From: Felis catus
Taxonomy: Eukaryota
Direction: 5' to 3'
Length of the DNA stretch: 64,000 nucleotides
Assembly (NCBI RefSeq): GCF_018350175.1
Contig: NC_058368.1
Coordinates: forward strand, 53,198,001 to 53,262,000
A program made the translations under genes and the position numbers. Shown here piece after piece: positions 62,861 to 64,000 of the stretch. Within the stretch, counting starts at the first letter, position 1. Every line of letters begins with the position of its first letter. The notes beneath the pieces were generated by a model. That model did no database searches. It saw nothing but the letters and a program-made list of their open reading frames with translations, and was not told where the DNA came from.

Positions 62861-64000
62861 TACTTTTTTGGAATTCATTTTCCTTTCCAACATTCCATTC
62901 CTTTCTCCTTTCTTTTTCTTAAGTTCTAAATGCCCATGAACACATACCATTGTAATGGACAACACAGGACAGGGAGGCAACCATCATATTGGTTATTTCA
63001 GTAGCATATGCCAAATGTTTGTTGAGCTGCAATGGGAATTATCTGCTCTTTTTAGATTGATTTCATATATGAGATACTTAAATTTGTATCTTTATTTTCA
63101 AAAGATGGAATTAGGTAGACATGAAAGTTTCTACATTCCATGTAAGGTTTTCACATAATCAGGATCCAAAATATAGTAACAAGTTCGATTCTAAAACTAG
63201 GTCTGCATGAGATTTGATCATTCACTTAAAAAACAAAACAAAACAAAACAAAATCTGGAACATTTTCACAAAAGCAATAATGTCATAAACACAAAATTCA
63301 CCAACCCCTACTTACAGAATTCCATGGAAGGTTATGAAACAATACAACCAAGAAGAGAGGCCTTTGTTCTCTTCATAGGGGGCAGGAAGAGGAGAGTTCA
63401 CCAATATCATGAAATAAAATAAAGAATAAACCAGTAGGTCCATCTCCTGGAATATCATTTCCTTAAATTTGAAAATATAAAATGCTTTCTGTGTCTTACA
63501 ATTAATCAAAATAACCTACATTCAGATGCTAGAAAATACTTGCCAAATCTTCCCACAAAGAAAAAAACATCCGTCTTTACCCTTCATCCTCCCAAGATTT
63601 TATGGGGTTTTTGTTTTGTTTTGTTTTTTGTTTTGGATGGCTAAATAGCATTGAAAATTGATAATAAATCAAGCCAGCCTAATATACAGTCTCCAAGTTA
63701 ACTGACATTACATTAAACAGATGATCAACCATCAAAATTACTACAGCAGTGTTTATTTTCTAGATCATATTTTGTAGTCTTTGAAATGTCAAATATGCAT
63801 TCCCACTGAGAGGCAAATGTGGATATACATATGCAAGGATGTCATCAACATGGAGAAGATTGAAAGCAAACTTACAAGGATTCATTATAGAACTAATCCT
63901 TCCTAAAATTCTGATTAAACAAGGGACTGACAGGTTGCTTGATTCTGAGGGATTCGAGTTATTGATTACTGACAGGAAATAGGGCTCCTTATTGTCTGAC

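Noticed and set aside
1..64000. CRISPR arrays, operons, prokaryotic systems, rRNA/snRNA genes, host coding exons
   Set aside because: The sequence is mammalian; I saw no repeat-spacer array, recognisable structural RNA or recognisable host exon (short exons could be missed by eye)

Overview
This is mammalian genomic DNA, almost certainly from a felid (cat family): it carries about 27 tRNA-derived CanSINEs, including the young felid-type head GGGGCGCCTGGGTGGCGCAGTCGGTTAAGCGTCCGACTTCAGCCAGGTCACGATCTCGCGG, plus carnivore-type LINE-1s. I could not identify any host protein-coding exon or structural RNA gene. All long ORFs in the track are LINE-1 ORF1/ORF2 remnants, SINE or microsatellite artefacts, or unrecognised. 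The window is intronic or intergenic and dominated by transposable elements: one full-length dead L1 (36.3-43.5 kb), a long nested L1 (2.7-9.65 kb), a 5'-truncated L1 (51.6-53.5 kb), two twin-primed (inverted) L1s, HAL1, L2, MIR, MLT1A-type LTRs, and Tigger, MER44 and hAT DNA transposons. I found no convincing new biological system. The most interesting observations are: (i) an ancient MaLR-LTR-like fragment with AATAAA, a poly(A) tail and a probable target-site duplication (TSD), sitting inside a much younger L1 (probable retrocopy or orphan transduction); (ii) a composite of SINE head + foreign spacer + full SINE inside one TSD; (iii) two target sites that were each hit repeatedly, leaving three TSD copies; (iv) a near-identical inverted SINE pair bracketing a well-formed candidate non-coding exon; (v) a CpG-retaining, motif-dense unique segment at about 58.7-59.2 kb (candidate conserved enhancer). 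Repeat family names come from recalled consensus similarity, not a database search. Boundaries of old elements are approximate.
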